Positions 56,286 through 64,000 of a stretch of 64,000 bases of DNA are shown here, piece after piece (the stretch's first letter is position 1; the number at the start of each line of letters is the position of its first letter). The notes under the pieces were generated by a model. That model saw only the letters and a program-made list of their open reading frames with translations. It was not told the origin of the DNA and ran no database searches. A program made the translations under genes and the position numbers. Source of the stretch: Gammaproteobacteria bacterium (GTDB taxonomy: Bacteria > Pseudomonadota > Gammaproteobacteria > Xanthomonadales > Xanthomonadaceae); assembly GCA_031431355.1 (NCBI GenBank), contig JANPDF010000089.1:1490-65489 (forward strand). The letters run 5' to 3'.

Positions 56286-58766
56286 GTGATCCACAACAAT
56301 CGTCGTTCTCTCCAGCTTGTCTCGCTCTCGCCGCTGGTCCTGGCGCTCGCCATGGCCTCCGCGTCCGCTGCCACCCGCACAGATCTACACAACCAGAATG
56401 TCAGCCTGCTCAACAGCCAGTACAAGCTTGCCGCCGCCACGTCCGGTGCCGCCACCAAGGCCGTCGACCGCCACGCAGAGATGCTCGGCCTCGATTCCGA
56501 GTCCCGCCTGCAGGTGTTGACCACCAACACGGACAAGGATGGCACCACGCACTACCGCTACCAGCAGACCTTCCGCGGCATCCCGGTCTGGGGCGAGCAG
56601 GTCATCGTCAGCGACGACAAGAACGGCAACGTGAAGAACCTGTTTGGCCGCATGGTCGGTAATCTCGGCAGTGAACTGGCTGGCGGTGCACCGGTGATGG
56701 CGAAGTCGAAGGCATTGTCCATCGGCAAGAACGCCGCTCTCGGCAGCCGCGCCGGTTCCATGCTGGTCCAGCGCGAAGATGCGCGCCAGATGATTTACAT
56801 CGGCGACGACAACCGCGCCCGCATGGCCTACGTGGTCAGCTTTTTCGCTGATACCGCCAACGGTGGCTCGCCGACCCGGCCGTTCATCATCATGGACGCT
56901 GCCAGCGGCAAGATTCTCAAGCAGTGGGAAGGCCTGACCCATGCAGCGATCGGCACCGGTCCTGGCGGCAATGGCAAGACCGGCCAATACGAGTGGGGTT
57001 CGGGCGGCAAGTACGGATACCTCGACGTCACCCAGAGCGGTACCACCTGCACCATGAACAACGCTGGCGTCAAGACGGTGAACCTCAACGGCGGTACCAC
57101 TGGCTCCACCGCGTTCTCGTACACCTGCCCGCGCAATACGGTCAAGACGATCAACGGCGCCTTCTCGCCGCTCAACGATGCCCACCAGTTCGGCGGCGTG
57201 ATCACCCAGATGTATCCGGCATACACCGGCTATAACGCGCTGACTTTCCAGCTGATCATGAAGGTCCACTACTCGAGCAACTACGAGAATGCGTTCTGGA
57301 ACGGCACCGAGATGACTTTCGGCGACGGCGGCACGACCTTCTACCCGCTGGACAACGCCGACGTGTCCGGCCACGAGGTCTCGCACGGCTTCACCGAGCA
57401 GCACTCCAACCTGACCTACTCGGCCCAGTCCGGCGGCATCAACGAAGCGTTCTCGGACATGGGCGGCGAAGCCACCGAATACTACTGGCAGGGCAGCAAC
57501 GACTGGCTGGTTGGCGCCGAGATCTTCAAGGGCACCGGCGCGTTGCGCTACATGTCGAACCCGCCGCAGGACGGCGCCTCGATCGCCAACGCCGCCAACT
57601 ACACCAGCGGCATGGACGTGCACTACTCCTCGGGCGTCTACAACAAGGCGTTCTGGAAGCTGGCGACGACCCCCGGCTGGGATACCCCGAAGGCGTTCAA
57701 GGTGATGGCCCGCGCCAATGCCCTGTACTGGACCGCAAGCAGCACTTACAACACTGCCGCTTGCGGCGTCGAGACGGCGGCGACTGACCTCGGTTTCGTC
57801 AAGGCCGATGTCACGGCGGCGTTCACCTTGGTGGGCGTCAGCTGCGCCACGACGCCGCCGCCTCCGGGTGGCGTGCTCACCAATGGCGTGGCCACCACCG
57901 GTATCGGTGCTTCCACGGGTGCCTACGCCAAGTACACGATGGTGGTTCCGGCCGGCGCGACCGGCCTGAAGTTCGTCATGTCCGGTGGCACCGGCGATGC
58001 CGACATGTACGTGAAGTTTGGCGCCCAGCCGACCGACACCGTGTATGACTGCCGTCCATACGCCAGCGGCAATGCCGAGACCTGCACCATCGCCACCGCC
58101 CAGGCGGGTACCTACTACATCAACCTGAAGGCTTACTCGACCTTCTCCGGCGCCAGCCTGACCGGCAGCTACACCGCCGCCAGCAGCAACACCGCGCCGG
58201 TGGCCAACTTCAGCTTCACCACCAGTGGCCTGATCGCTACCTTCACCGACTCCTCGACCGACGCGCAGAACAACATCACGTCGCGTTCGTGGAACTTCGG
58301 CGATGGCAGCACGTCGACCACGACCAGCCCGGTCAAGACCTACGCTGCCGCGGGCACCTACACGGTGACCGAGACGGTGACGGACGCCGGCGGCCTGTCG
58401 AGCACCAAGACCGCGTCGGTCACGGTGACGAGCACGCCGAGCTGTGGTGGCACGGTCCTTTGCAGTGGCACGGCGGTGAGCCTGCCGACGGTGGCAACCG
58501 GTGGCGTGTCCTCGAACTACACCCTGGTCGTTCCTGCCGGCAAGACCAGCGCGGTGTTCACCATCTCGGGTGGCACCGGCGACGCTGACATGTACGTGCG
58601 GATCGGCGCTGCGCCGACCACCAGCACCTACAACTGCCGTCCGTACACCAGCGGCAATGCCGAGACCTGCACGTTCAACGCGCCGGCGGCTGGCACGTAC
58701 TACGTGAACGTCCGTGCTTACGCGGGCTACTCGGGCGTCAGCCTGAAGGGCACCGTCGCGCCGTAA
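56286..58766 (+). CDS. Secreted M4 (thermolysin-family) zinc metalloprotease with C-terminal PPC-PKD-PPC domains
   Basis: The GTG start gives signal peptide 'MIHNNRRSLQLVSLSPLVLALAMASASA'. It has a propeptide, then zinc motifs 'HEVSHGF' and 'GGINEAFSD'. Two pre-peptidase C-terminal domains ('SGGTGDADMYV') flank a PKD domain ('WNFGDGS'). Confidence 0.9.
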   Translation: MIHNNRRSLQLVSLSPLVLALAMASASAATRTDLHNQNVSLLNSQYKLAAATSGAATKAVDRHAEMLGLDSESRLQVLTTNTDKDGTTHYRYQQTFRGIPVWGEQVIVSDDKNGNVKNLFGRMVGNLGSELAGGAPVMAKSKALSIGKNAALGSRAGSMLVQREDARQMIYIGDDNRARMAYVVSFFADTANGGSPTRPFIIMDAASGKILKQWEGLTHAAIGTGPGGNGKTGQYEWGSGGKYGYLDVTQSGTTCTMNNAGVKTVNLNGGTTGSTAFSYTCPRNTVKTINGAFSPLNDAHQFGGVITQMYPAYTGYNALTFQLIMKVHYSSNYENAFWNGTEMTFGDGGTTFYPLDNADVSGHEVSHGFTEQHSNLTYSAQSGGINEAFSDMGGEATEYYWQGSNDWLVGAEIFKGTGALRYMSNPPQDGASIANAANYTSGMDVHYSSGVYNKAFWKLATTPGWDTPKAFKVMARANALYWTASSTYNTAACGVETAATDLGFVKADVTAAFTLVGVSCATTPPPPGGVLTNGVATTGIGASTGAYAKYTMVVPAGATGLKFVMSGGTGDADMYVKFGAQPTDTVYDCRPYASGNAETCTIATAQAGTYYINLKAYSTFSGASLTGSYTAASSNTAPVANFSFTTSGLIATFTDSSTDAQNNITSRSWNFGDGSTSTTTSPVKTYAAAGTYTVTETVTDAGGLSSTKTASVTVTSTPSCGGTVLCSGTAVSLPTVATGGVSSNYTLVVPAGKTSAVFTISGGTGDADMYVRIGAAPTTSTYNCRPYTSGNAETCTFNAPAAGTYYVNVRAYAGYSGVSLKGTVAP

Positions 58767-58790
58767 CGGGAGAAGCTGTAGCTGGACTTG

Positions 58791-58823
58791 AAACCCCCGG
58801 GCAACCGGGGGTTTCCTTTTTTG
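58791..58823 (+). terminator. Rho-independent terminator
   Basis: Perfect 10-bp stem AAACCCCCGG / CCGGGGGTTT with a GCAA loop, followed by CCTTTTTTG. It starts 25 nt after the protease stop. Confidence 0.85.
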
Positions 58824-58840
58824 TCGGCTCTTACAGGACT

Positions 58841-59491
58841 TCAGGCCATCCAGAAAAACACGGCCGTCATTCGCTTTTCCTCCAGCGAATGGCCCCAGTA
58901 GGCGGATGCGCTATGGACCAGGTTTCCGCGGTAAGCGAGCAGCCGGTTGAATCGATGTTCGATCTGCATGTCCTCGACGAATGAGTTGGTCGGGACGAAG
59001 CGGGCGCCCAGCGCCTCGACGAGATTGGCATGCGGTCCGGTCACCGTGTTCCCACCAAGCTGGCCGGTCGGCAGGCGCTGGCGATAGAAGCTGGTTCCAC
59101 AATCATCCGGAACCAAAGGGTTCAGATAGAGTACTGCGGCGTACTTGCACAGCTTGCGGGAGTCAGTGTGCGGGCGCGGTCCGCACTCGTCTTCGCCCAC
59201 TACCTGTACACAGTTGTGGTTGAGCGTGTCGCCCGACGATGCCGTCTCGACCCAGAGGCGCTTGGCTCCGGTCGCCTTCTTCACCAGCGACTCGATCCAC
59301 GCCAGTTCCTCCGGCGTCAAGCCAGGCATGGCTCGCAAGCCGGGCCAGCTTTCCGGCTTGGCCGGATAACCTTCGATCCAGTCGGTCTTGGCCAGGCAGC
59401 GCTCACGAACGCGCAAGGCATCCGGCAAGGCGTCGTCGATGACCCAGTAATCACGACCTTCCGTCGGCTTCTGGTATGGCAGCGGTTTCAT
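58841..59491 (-). CDS. DUF6445-like protein, probable Fe(II)/2-oxoglutarate-dioxygenase fold
   Basis: 216 aa. Candidate facial triad 'PHTD' ... 'LVHSA' and a C-terminal Arg ('RMTAVFF'). ATGA overlap with the upstream short asparaginase gene. The family and fold assignment is tentative. Confidence 0.65.
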   Translation of the reverse strand: MKPLPYQKPTEGRDYWVIDDALPDALRVRERCLAKTDWIEGYPAKPESWPGLRAMPGLTPEELAWIESLVKKATGAKRLWVETASSGDTLNHNCVQVVGEDECGPRPHTDSRKLCKYAAVLYLNPLVPDDCGTSFYRQRLPTGQLGGNTVTGPHANLVEALGARFVPTNSFVEDMQIEHRFNRLLAYRGNLVHSASAYWGHSLEEKRMTAVFFWMA

Positions 59492-59985
59492 CAATCCGCG
59501 GCTTCGAAGCGATTGGCGGCGACGTTCTTGCGCACCTTGCGCGGATTCCAGACCCGACCGTTCATGGCGATGTACACGCCCGGCGGCAGCGATTGAACCG
59601 CTCCGACGGCGGTGCCGATGTTGAACTCCGCATCCGAACCACGGAAACCGGCCGGATTCAGCGCGCCTGTTAGCACGATGGTCTTGTCGCTGATCTCGGC
59701 CAGCACCATCGCCGTCTCGACCATCGTGTCGGTGCCGTGGGTCACCAGAACGTGCCTCGCGGGTTGCGCGGCGATGGCCGCGCGCATCAACTCGCGATCC
59801 GCGGCATCGATGTGCAAGCTGTCCTTGCGCAGGATCGGGATGACGTTGAAGGGGAAGGCAACGCCCAGCTCCTTCAGGATGCGGCCGATCTGGGGCTCGC
59901 CGACCTGGTAGTCGGATTTGTCGTCGAAGTACACCTTGTCGATGGTGCCCCCGGTGGTGACGACAAGCAGTTCTTCCATCGGCAT
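59491..59985 (-). CDS. Asparaginase N-terminal-domain-only protein
   Basis: 164 aa. Motifs 'VVTTGGTIDK' and 'HGTDTM' are as in type I/II L-asparaginases, but the C-terminal domain is absent. Confidence 0.8.
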   Translation of the reverse strand: MPMEELLVVTTGGTIDKVYFDDKSDYQVGEPQIGRILKELGVAFPFNVIPILRKDSLHIDAADRELMRAAIAAQPARHVLVTHGTDTMVETAMVLAEISDKTIVLTGALNPAGFRGSDAEFNIGTAVGAVQSLPPGVYIAMNGRVWNPRKVRKNVAANRFEAAD

Positions 59986-60005
59986 GCCCTCGGTTTGAGG
60001 CCCGA

Positions 60006-61018
<1,013 letters not shown>

Positions 61019-61031
61019 TTACCCTTTTGCC

Positions 61032-62345
61032 ATGCAAAACGCCGAACATCCGATCATCGCCAGCGTGCGTCGCCGGATCGCACGCATCGATCGCGAACGC
61101 ATCGCCCACTTCTTCGGCTTCCTGCTCAAGCGCTTCGTCGACGATCGTTGCTTCGAGTCCGCGGGCGCGCTCGCCTACACCACGATGTTTGCGCTGGTGC
61201 CATTCTCGGCCGTGGTGTTCGCCGTGCTGTCGGCGTTTCCCGAGTTCCATGCCTGGACGATGAAGCTGACCGAGTTCATCTTCGCCAATTTCGTGCCGGG
61301 CTCCGCCAGCGCCGTGAAGCCCTACCTGCTGCAGTTCTCCCGGGGTGCGCTGGAGCTGACCGCCGGTGGGGTGATCGCGCTGCTGGTGTCGATCCTGGTG
61401 ACAATGTGGAGCATCGAGCAGGCGTTCAACCGGATCTGGAGGGTGCCGTCGGCGCGTCCGAAACTGACCCGCTTCCTGATGTACTGGACGCTGCTGACGC
61501 TTGGATCGTTGCTCACTGTTGCCGGACTCACCGCGACCTCGGCGCTGTTCGCCCTTCCCGAACTGGCTGGCGTGGAGGCGCAAAATCTGGGCGAGAGCTT
61601 GCTGCGCTACTTGCCGCTTACGCTCGAGCTACTGGCGTTCACGGCCGCGTACTGGTTCATCCCGCACCGCACGATCCAGTTGCGTTTCGCCTTTGCCGGG
61701 GCGGTGCTCGCCACCGTGCTGTTCGAGTGGCTGACCTGGGGGCTGGCGATCTACCTGCGCAATGCCTCGTTCGAGCTATATGGCGCGCTCGCCGCAATCC
61801 CCATTTTCCTGCTCTGGGTCTACTTTTGCTGGTTGGTGGTGCTGTTCGGCGCTTCACTCGCCGCCTCCCTGGCTTCGTTCCGCTACCAGCCCCGCGCCAT
61901 GCGCCTGAGCCCGGGCGCGGAGCTCTATGCGGTCATGCGGCTGCTCGGCCGATTCGACGAGGCGCGCCGCGACGGCATGGGCCTGCACCTGGCGCAGATC
62001 AAGCAACGCGAGCCAAGCCTGACCGATGAATTGCTGCAGTCGATGATTTCGGCCTTGTGCGAAATGAATATCATCCAGCGCGGCGAGTCCGGTGCCTGGC
62101 TGTTGTCGCGGGAGCTCAACTCGGTTGGCCTGGATGAGCTCTACGAAGGTATGTCACTGCGGATACCGACCGGCGAGCTGTGCCTGCCATCGCGCCAGGA
62201 CGCCATCGGTCGCGCCGCGAATTCTGCCCTCGACCACCTGCGCAATTCGGTGAAGGCACCGCTCGAGCGAAGCGTGGCCAGTTTCCTTTCCACCGCGGTG
62301 CCGCCCGATGGCGCCACCCATTCCAGCAAGGATTCCAGTCCATGA
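61032..62345 (+). CDS. YihY/BrkB-family inner-membrane protein with C-terminal cytoplasmic extension
   Basis: 'AGALAYTTMFALVPF', six TM helices, 'FLLWVYFCWLVVLFGA', then a ~130-aa soluble tail. Confidence 0.85.
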   Translation: MQNAEHPIIASVRRRIARIDRERIAHFFGFLLKRFVDDRCFESAGALAYTTMFALVPFSAVVFAVLSAFPEFHAWTMKLTEFIFANFVPGSASAVKPYLLQFSRGALELTAGGVIALLVSILVTMWSIEQAFNRIWRVPSARPKLTRFLMYWTLLTLGSLLTVAGLTATSALFALPELAGVEAQNLGESLLRYLPLTLELLAFTAAYWFIPHRTIQLRFAFAGAVLATVLFEWLTWGLAIYLRNASFELYGALAAIPIFLLWVYFCWLVVLFGASLAASLASFRYQPRAMRLSPGAELYAVMRLLGRFDEARRDGMGLHLAQIKQREPSLTDELLQSMISALCEMNIIQRGESGAWLLSRELNSVGLDELYEGMSLRIPTGELCLPSRQDAIGRAANSALDHLRNSVKAPLERSVASFLSTAVPPDGATHSSKDSSP

Positions 62346-62926
62346 CCCGAACTCCCATCGCCTGGCTTTTGGCGGCTGCCTTGCTGCTGGGCGCGTGCCA
62401 GCCCGCCGACCAGGCCCGGGCGCCCGCCGCGACGCCAACCCCGGTAGCGACACCGGCCCCAGCGGCCACGCCGTCGAAGCCGCTTGCCGAGCGCGGTGCC
62501 ATGCCGGCGGTGCCAACCCTGCAGGTCACCACCTGGGATGGCGCCAATTACGACCTGGCCCAGCGGCGCGGCAAGTGGGTGGTGGTCAATTTCTGGGCGA
62601 CGTGGTGTAACCCCTGCCTCAAGGAGATTCCTGACCTCGATGCCTTCGACCAGTCTCGTGAGGATGTTGAGGTGATCGGGCTGGCCTACGAGGAAATCGA
62701 GAAAGCGGACATGGACGCCTTTCTGAAAGAACACCCGATGCGTTATCCGATCGCGGTCGTCGACGTCTATAACCCACCGGCGGATTTCGACATTCCGAAG
62801 GGATTGCCGATGACCTACCTGATCGCTCCCGACGGGAAGGTGGCCAAGCAATTCCTCGGGCCCGTGACCTCGGCGGAGATTGCCGCGGTCATCGAAACAG
62901 CAGCCAAGTCTTCCGGTCCGATGTGA
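62342..62926 (+). CDS. TlpA-like thiol:disulfide oxidoreductase lipoprotein
   Basis: ATGA overlap with yihY. Lipobox 'LLLGAC'. Thioredoxin motif 'WATWCNPC'. Confidence 0.85.
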   Translation: MTRTPIAWLLAAALLLGACQPADQARAPAATPTPVATPAPAATPSKPLAERGAMPAVPTLQVTTWDGANYDLAQRRGKWVVVNFWATWCNPCLKEIPDLDAFDQSREDVEVIGLAYEEIEKADMDAFLKEHPMRYPIAVVDVYNPPADFDIPKGLPMTYLIAPDGKVAKQFLGPVTSAEIAAVIETAAKSSGPM

Positions 62927-63192
62927 GCGGCGCCAGGTTCCTGGTCGGCGGGAAGGTGCAGGGCGTCTGGTTCCGCGCATCGACCCGCGAACAGGCCCTG
63001 GCGCTGCACCTGAAAGGTTTCGCTCGCAACCTGCCTGACGGTCGCGTGGAAGTGGTCGCGGTCGGCAGCGATGCGGCTCTTGACTCACTGGAGCGCTGGC
63101 TCCGGCGTGGGCCGCCGTTGGCCGAGGTCATCGAGCTGACGCGCGAACCGTTGTCGTCGACTATCGAGTTTCCTGGCTTCTCGACGCTCTAG
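62923..63192 (+). CDS. acyP: Acylphosphatase
   Basis: 89 aa. GTGA overlap. Signature 'GKVQGVWFR' and 'GFARNLPDGRVEV'. Confidence 0.9.
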   Translation: MSGARFLVGGKVQGVWFRASTREQALALHLKGFARNLPDGRVEVVAVGSDAALDSLERWLRRGPPLAEVIELTREPLSSTIEFPGFSTL

Positions 63193-63226
63193 GGCGCGAA
63201 GCCGCTCCGACGCAGTCCGACTCGTC

Positions 63227-64000
63227 TCAGTACTTCCCTTCGATCGGTTTCACCGGGCCGGTGTAGCGTTCCACGCCGGGGCGACCTTTCAGCGGCGGAA
63301 ACTCCAGGGTCGCGTCCGGTACTTTCTGGTCGGGAAGCCGGTCGAGCAGGTCCCTGATCAGGTTGAGGCGGCCGCGCTTCTGGCTGTTGAAATCGACCAC
63401 CGTCCACGGCGCATGGCGACGGTGCGTGGCCGCAAACATCTCATCGCGCGCCTTGCCGTAGGCCGCGTACTTCTGCCGCGCCTGCAAGTCGATCGGCGAA
63501 AGCTTCCAGCGCTTTAGCGGGTCGGCCAGTCGCTCCGCGAATCGTTCCTCCTGCTCTTTTTGGTCCACCGCCAGCCAGTACTTGAACAGCAGGATGCCGT
63601 CGTCCACCAGCTGTTTTTCCAGAATCGGGGCCTGTTTGAGGAACGCGGCAACCTGCGCCGGCGTGCAGAAGCCCATCACCTGTTCGACACCGGCCCGGTT
63701 GTACCAGCTGCGGTCGAACAAGACGATTTCGCCGGCGGCGGGAAGGTGCGCGAGGTAGCGCTGGAAATACCATTGCGTCTGTTCACGCTCGCTTGGCTTG
63801 GCCAGGGCGACCACGTGGCACTGGCGGGGATTGAGGCAGTCGGCGATGGCGTTGATGGCGCCGCCCTTGCCCGCGGTATCGCGACCTTCCACCAGCACCA
63901 TGACGCGCTTGCCGGTGTGCTGGAGCCAGCGCGCCATTCGGTTCAGCTCGACCTGCAACTGCTCCAGGTGCTCTTCGTATTCCTTCTTCTTGAACTTGGC
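63227..64000 (-). CDS. ppk2: Polyphosphate kinase 2 (PPK2), N-terminus beyond window end
   Basis: 'EGRDTAGKGG' P-loop, 'FDRSWYNR', 'PWTVV'. The reading frame stays open through 64000 ('...FKKKEYEEHLEQLQVEL'). Confidence 0.9.
   Translation of the reverse strand, partial: AKFKKKEYEEHLEQLQVELNRMARWLQHTGKRVMVLVEGRDTAGKGGAINAIADCLNPRQCHVVALAKPSEREQTQWYFQRYLAHLPAAGEIVLFDRSWYNRAGVEQVMGFCTPAQVAAFLKQAPILEKQLVDDGILLFKYWLAVDQKEQEERFAERLADPLKRWKLSPIDLQARQKYAAYGKARDEMFAATHRRHAPWTVVDFNSQKRGRLNLIRDLLDRLPDQKVPDATLEFPPLKGRPGVERYTGPVKPIEGKY

Overview
High-GC gammaproteobacterial chromosome segment, roughly two-thirds G+C by eye (not computed). Gene order and protein signatures suggest Xanthomonadales (Rhodanobacteraceae/Xanthomonadaceae-like); this is inference only. 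I call about 68 protein genes. They are densely packed, with many 1-4 nt start/stop overlaps (ATGA, GTGA, TTGA, TGATG). I saw no rRNA, tRNA, CRISPR array, transposase, integrase or phage genes, so the window reads as conserved core genome rather than an accessory island.

Content from left to right:
- Tail of the Pil-Chp pilus chemosensory cluster (chpA, a CheB-like gene, a CheW-like gene).
- rsmE, bioA, and nudE-cysQ-mazG.
- An OmpR/histidine-kinase two-component pair, an isoaspartyl peptidase, and gcvPB-dgkA.
- TerC, then lgt-thyA-lipoprotein-folA.
- The classical lptD-surA-pdxA-rsmA-apaG-apaH operon.
- A deacetylase, a PduO-type adenosyltransferase and a membrane-protein trio.
- ubiH and a ubiF-like gene.
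- A glnS-lipoprotein-deaminase-rlmM-EF-hand string.
- A 7TMR-DISM/GGDEF protein.
- oxyR followed by rubrerythrin, a CCG Fe-S protein, DUF3501 and an exported protein.
- prmC, dxs, an HNH nuclease, pip, and Nudix/exonuclease/nitroreductase genes.
- A DUF1631 protein.
- A pnt transhydrogenase locus interrupted by an opposite-strand ECF-sigma cassette.
- sufT, a secreted M4 protease, a dioxygenase-like gene paired with a short asparaginase, wrbA, yihY, tlpA-like, acyP, and a truncated ppk2.

The observations I rate most worth a second look are:
- The OxyR-adjacent four-gene redox module.
- The split pnt operon.
- folA, which has no canonical start codon available.
- A CheB-like protein that lacks the nucleophile Ser.
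- A GGDEF protein whose signature reads SPDEF.
- A dioxygenase-like/short-asparaginase gene pair.
- An unknown gene welded to dxs.

None of these is shown to be novel. All family assignments come from motif recognition by eye and memory, and no searches were run.
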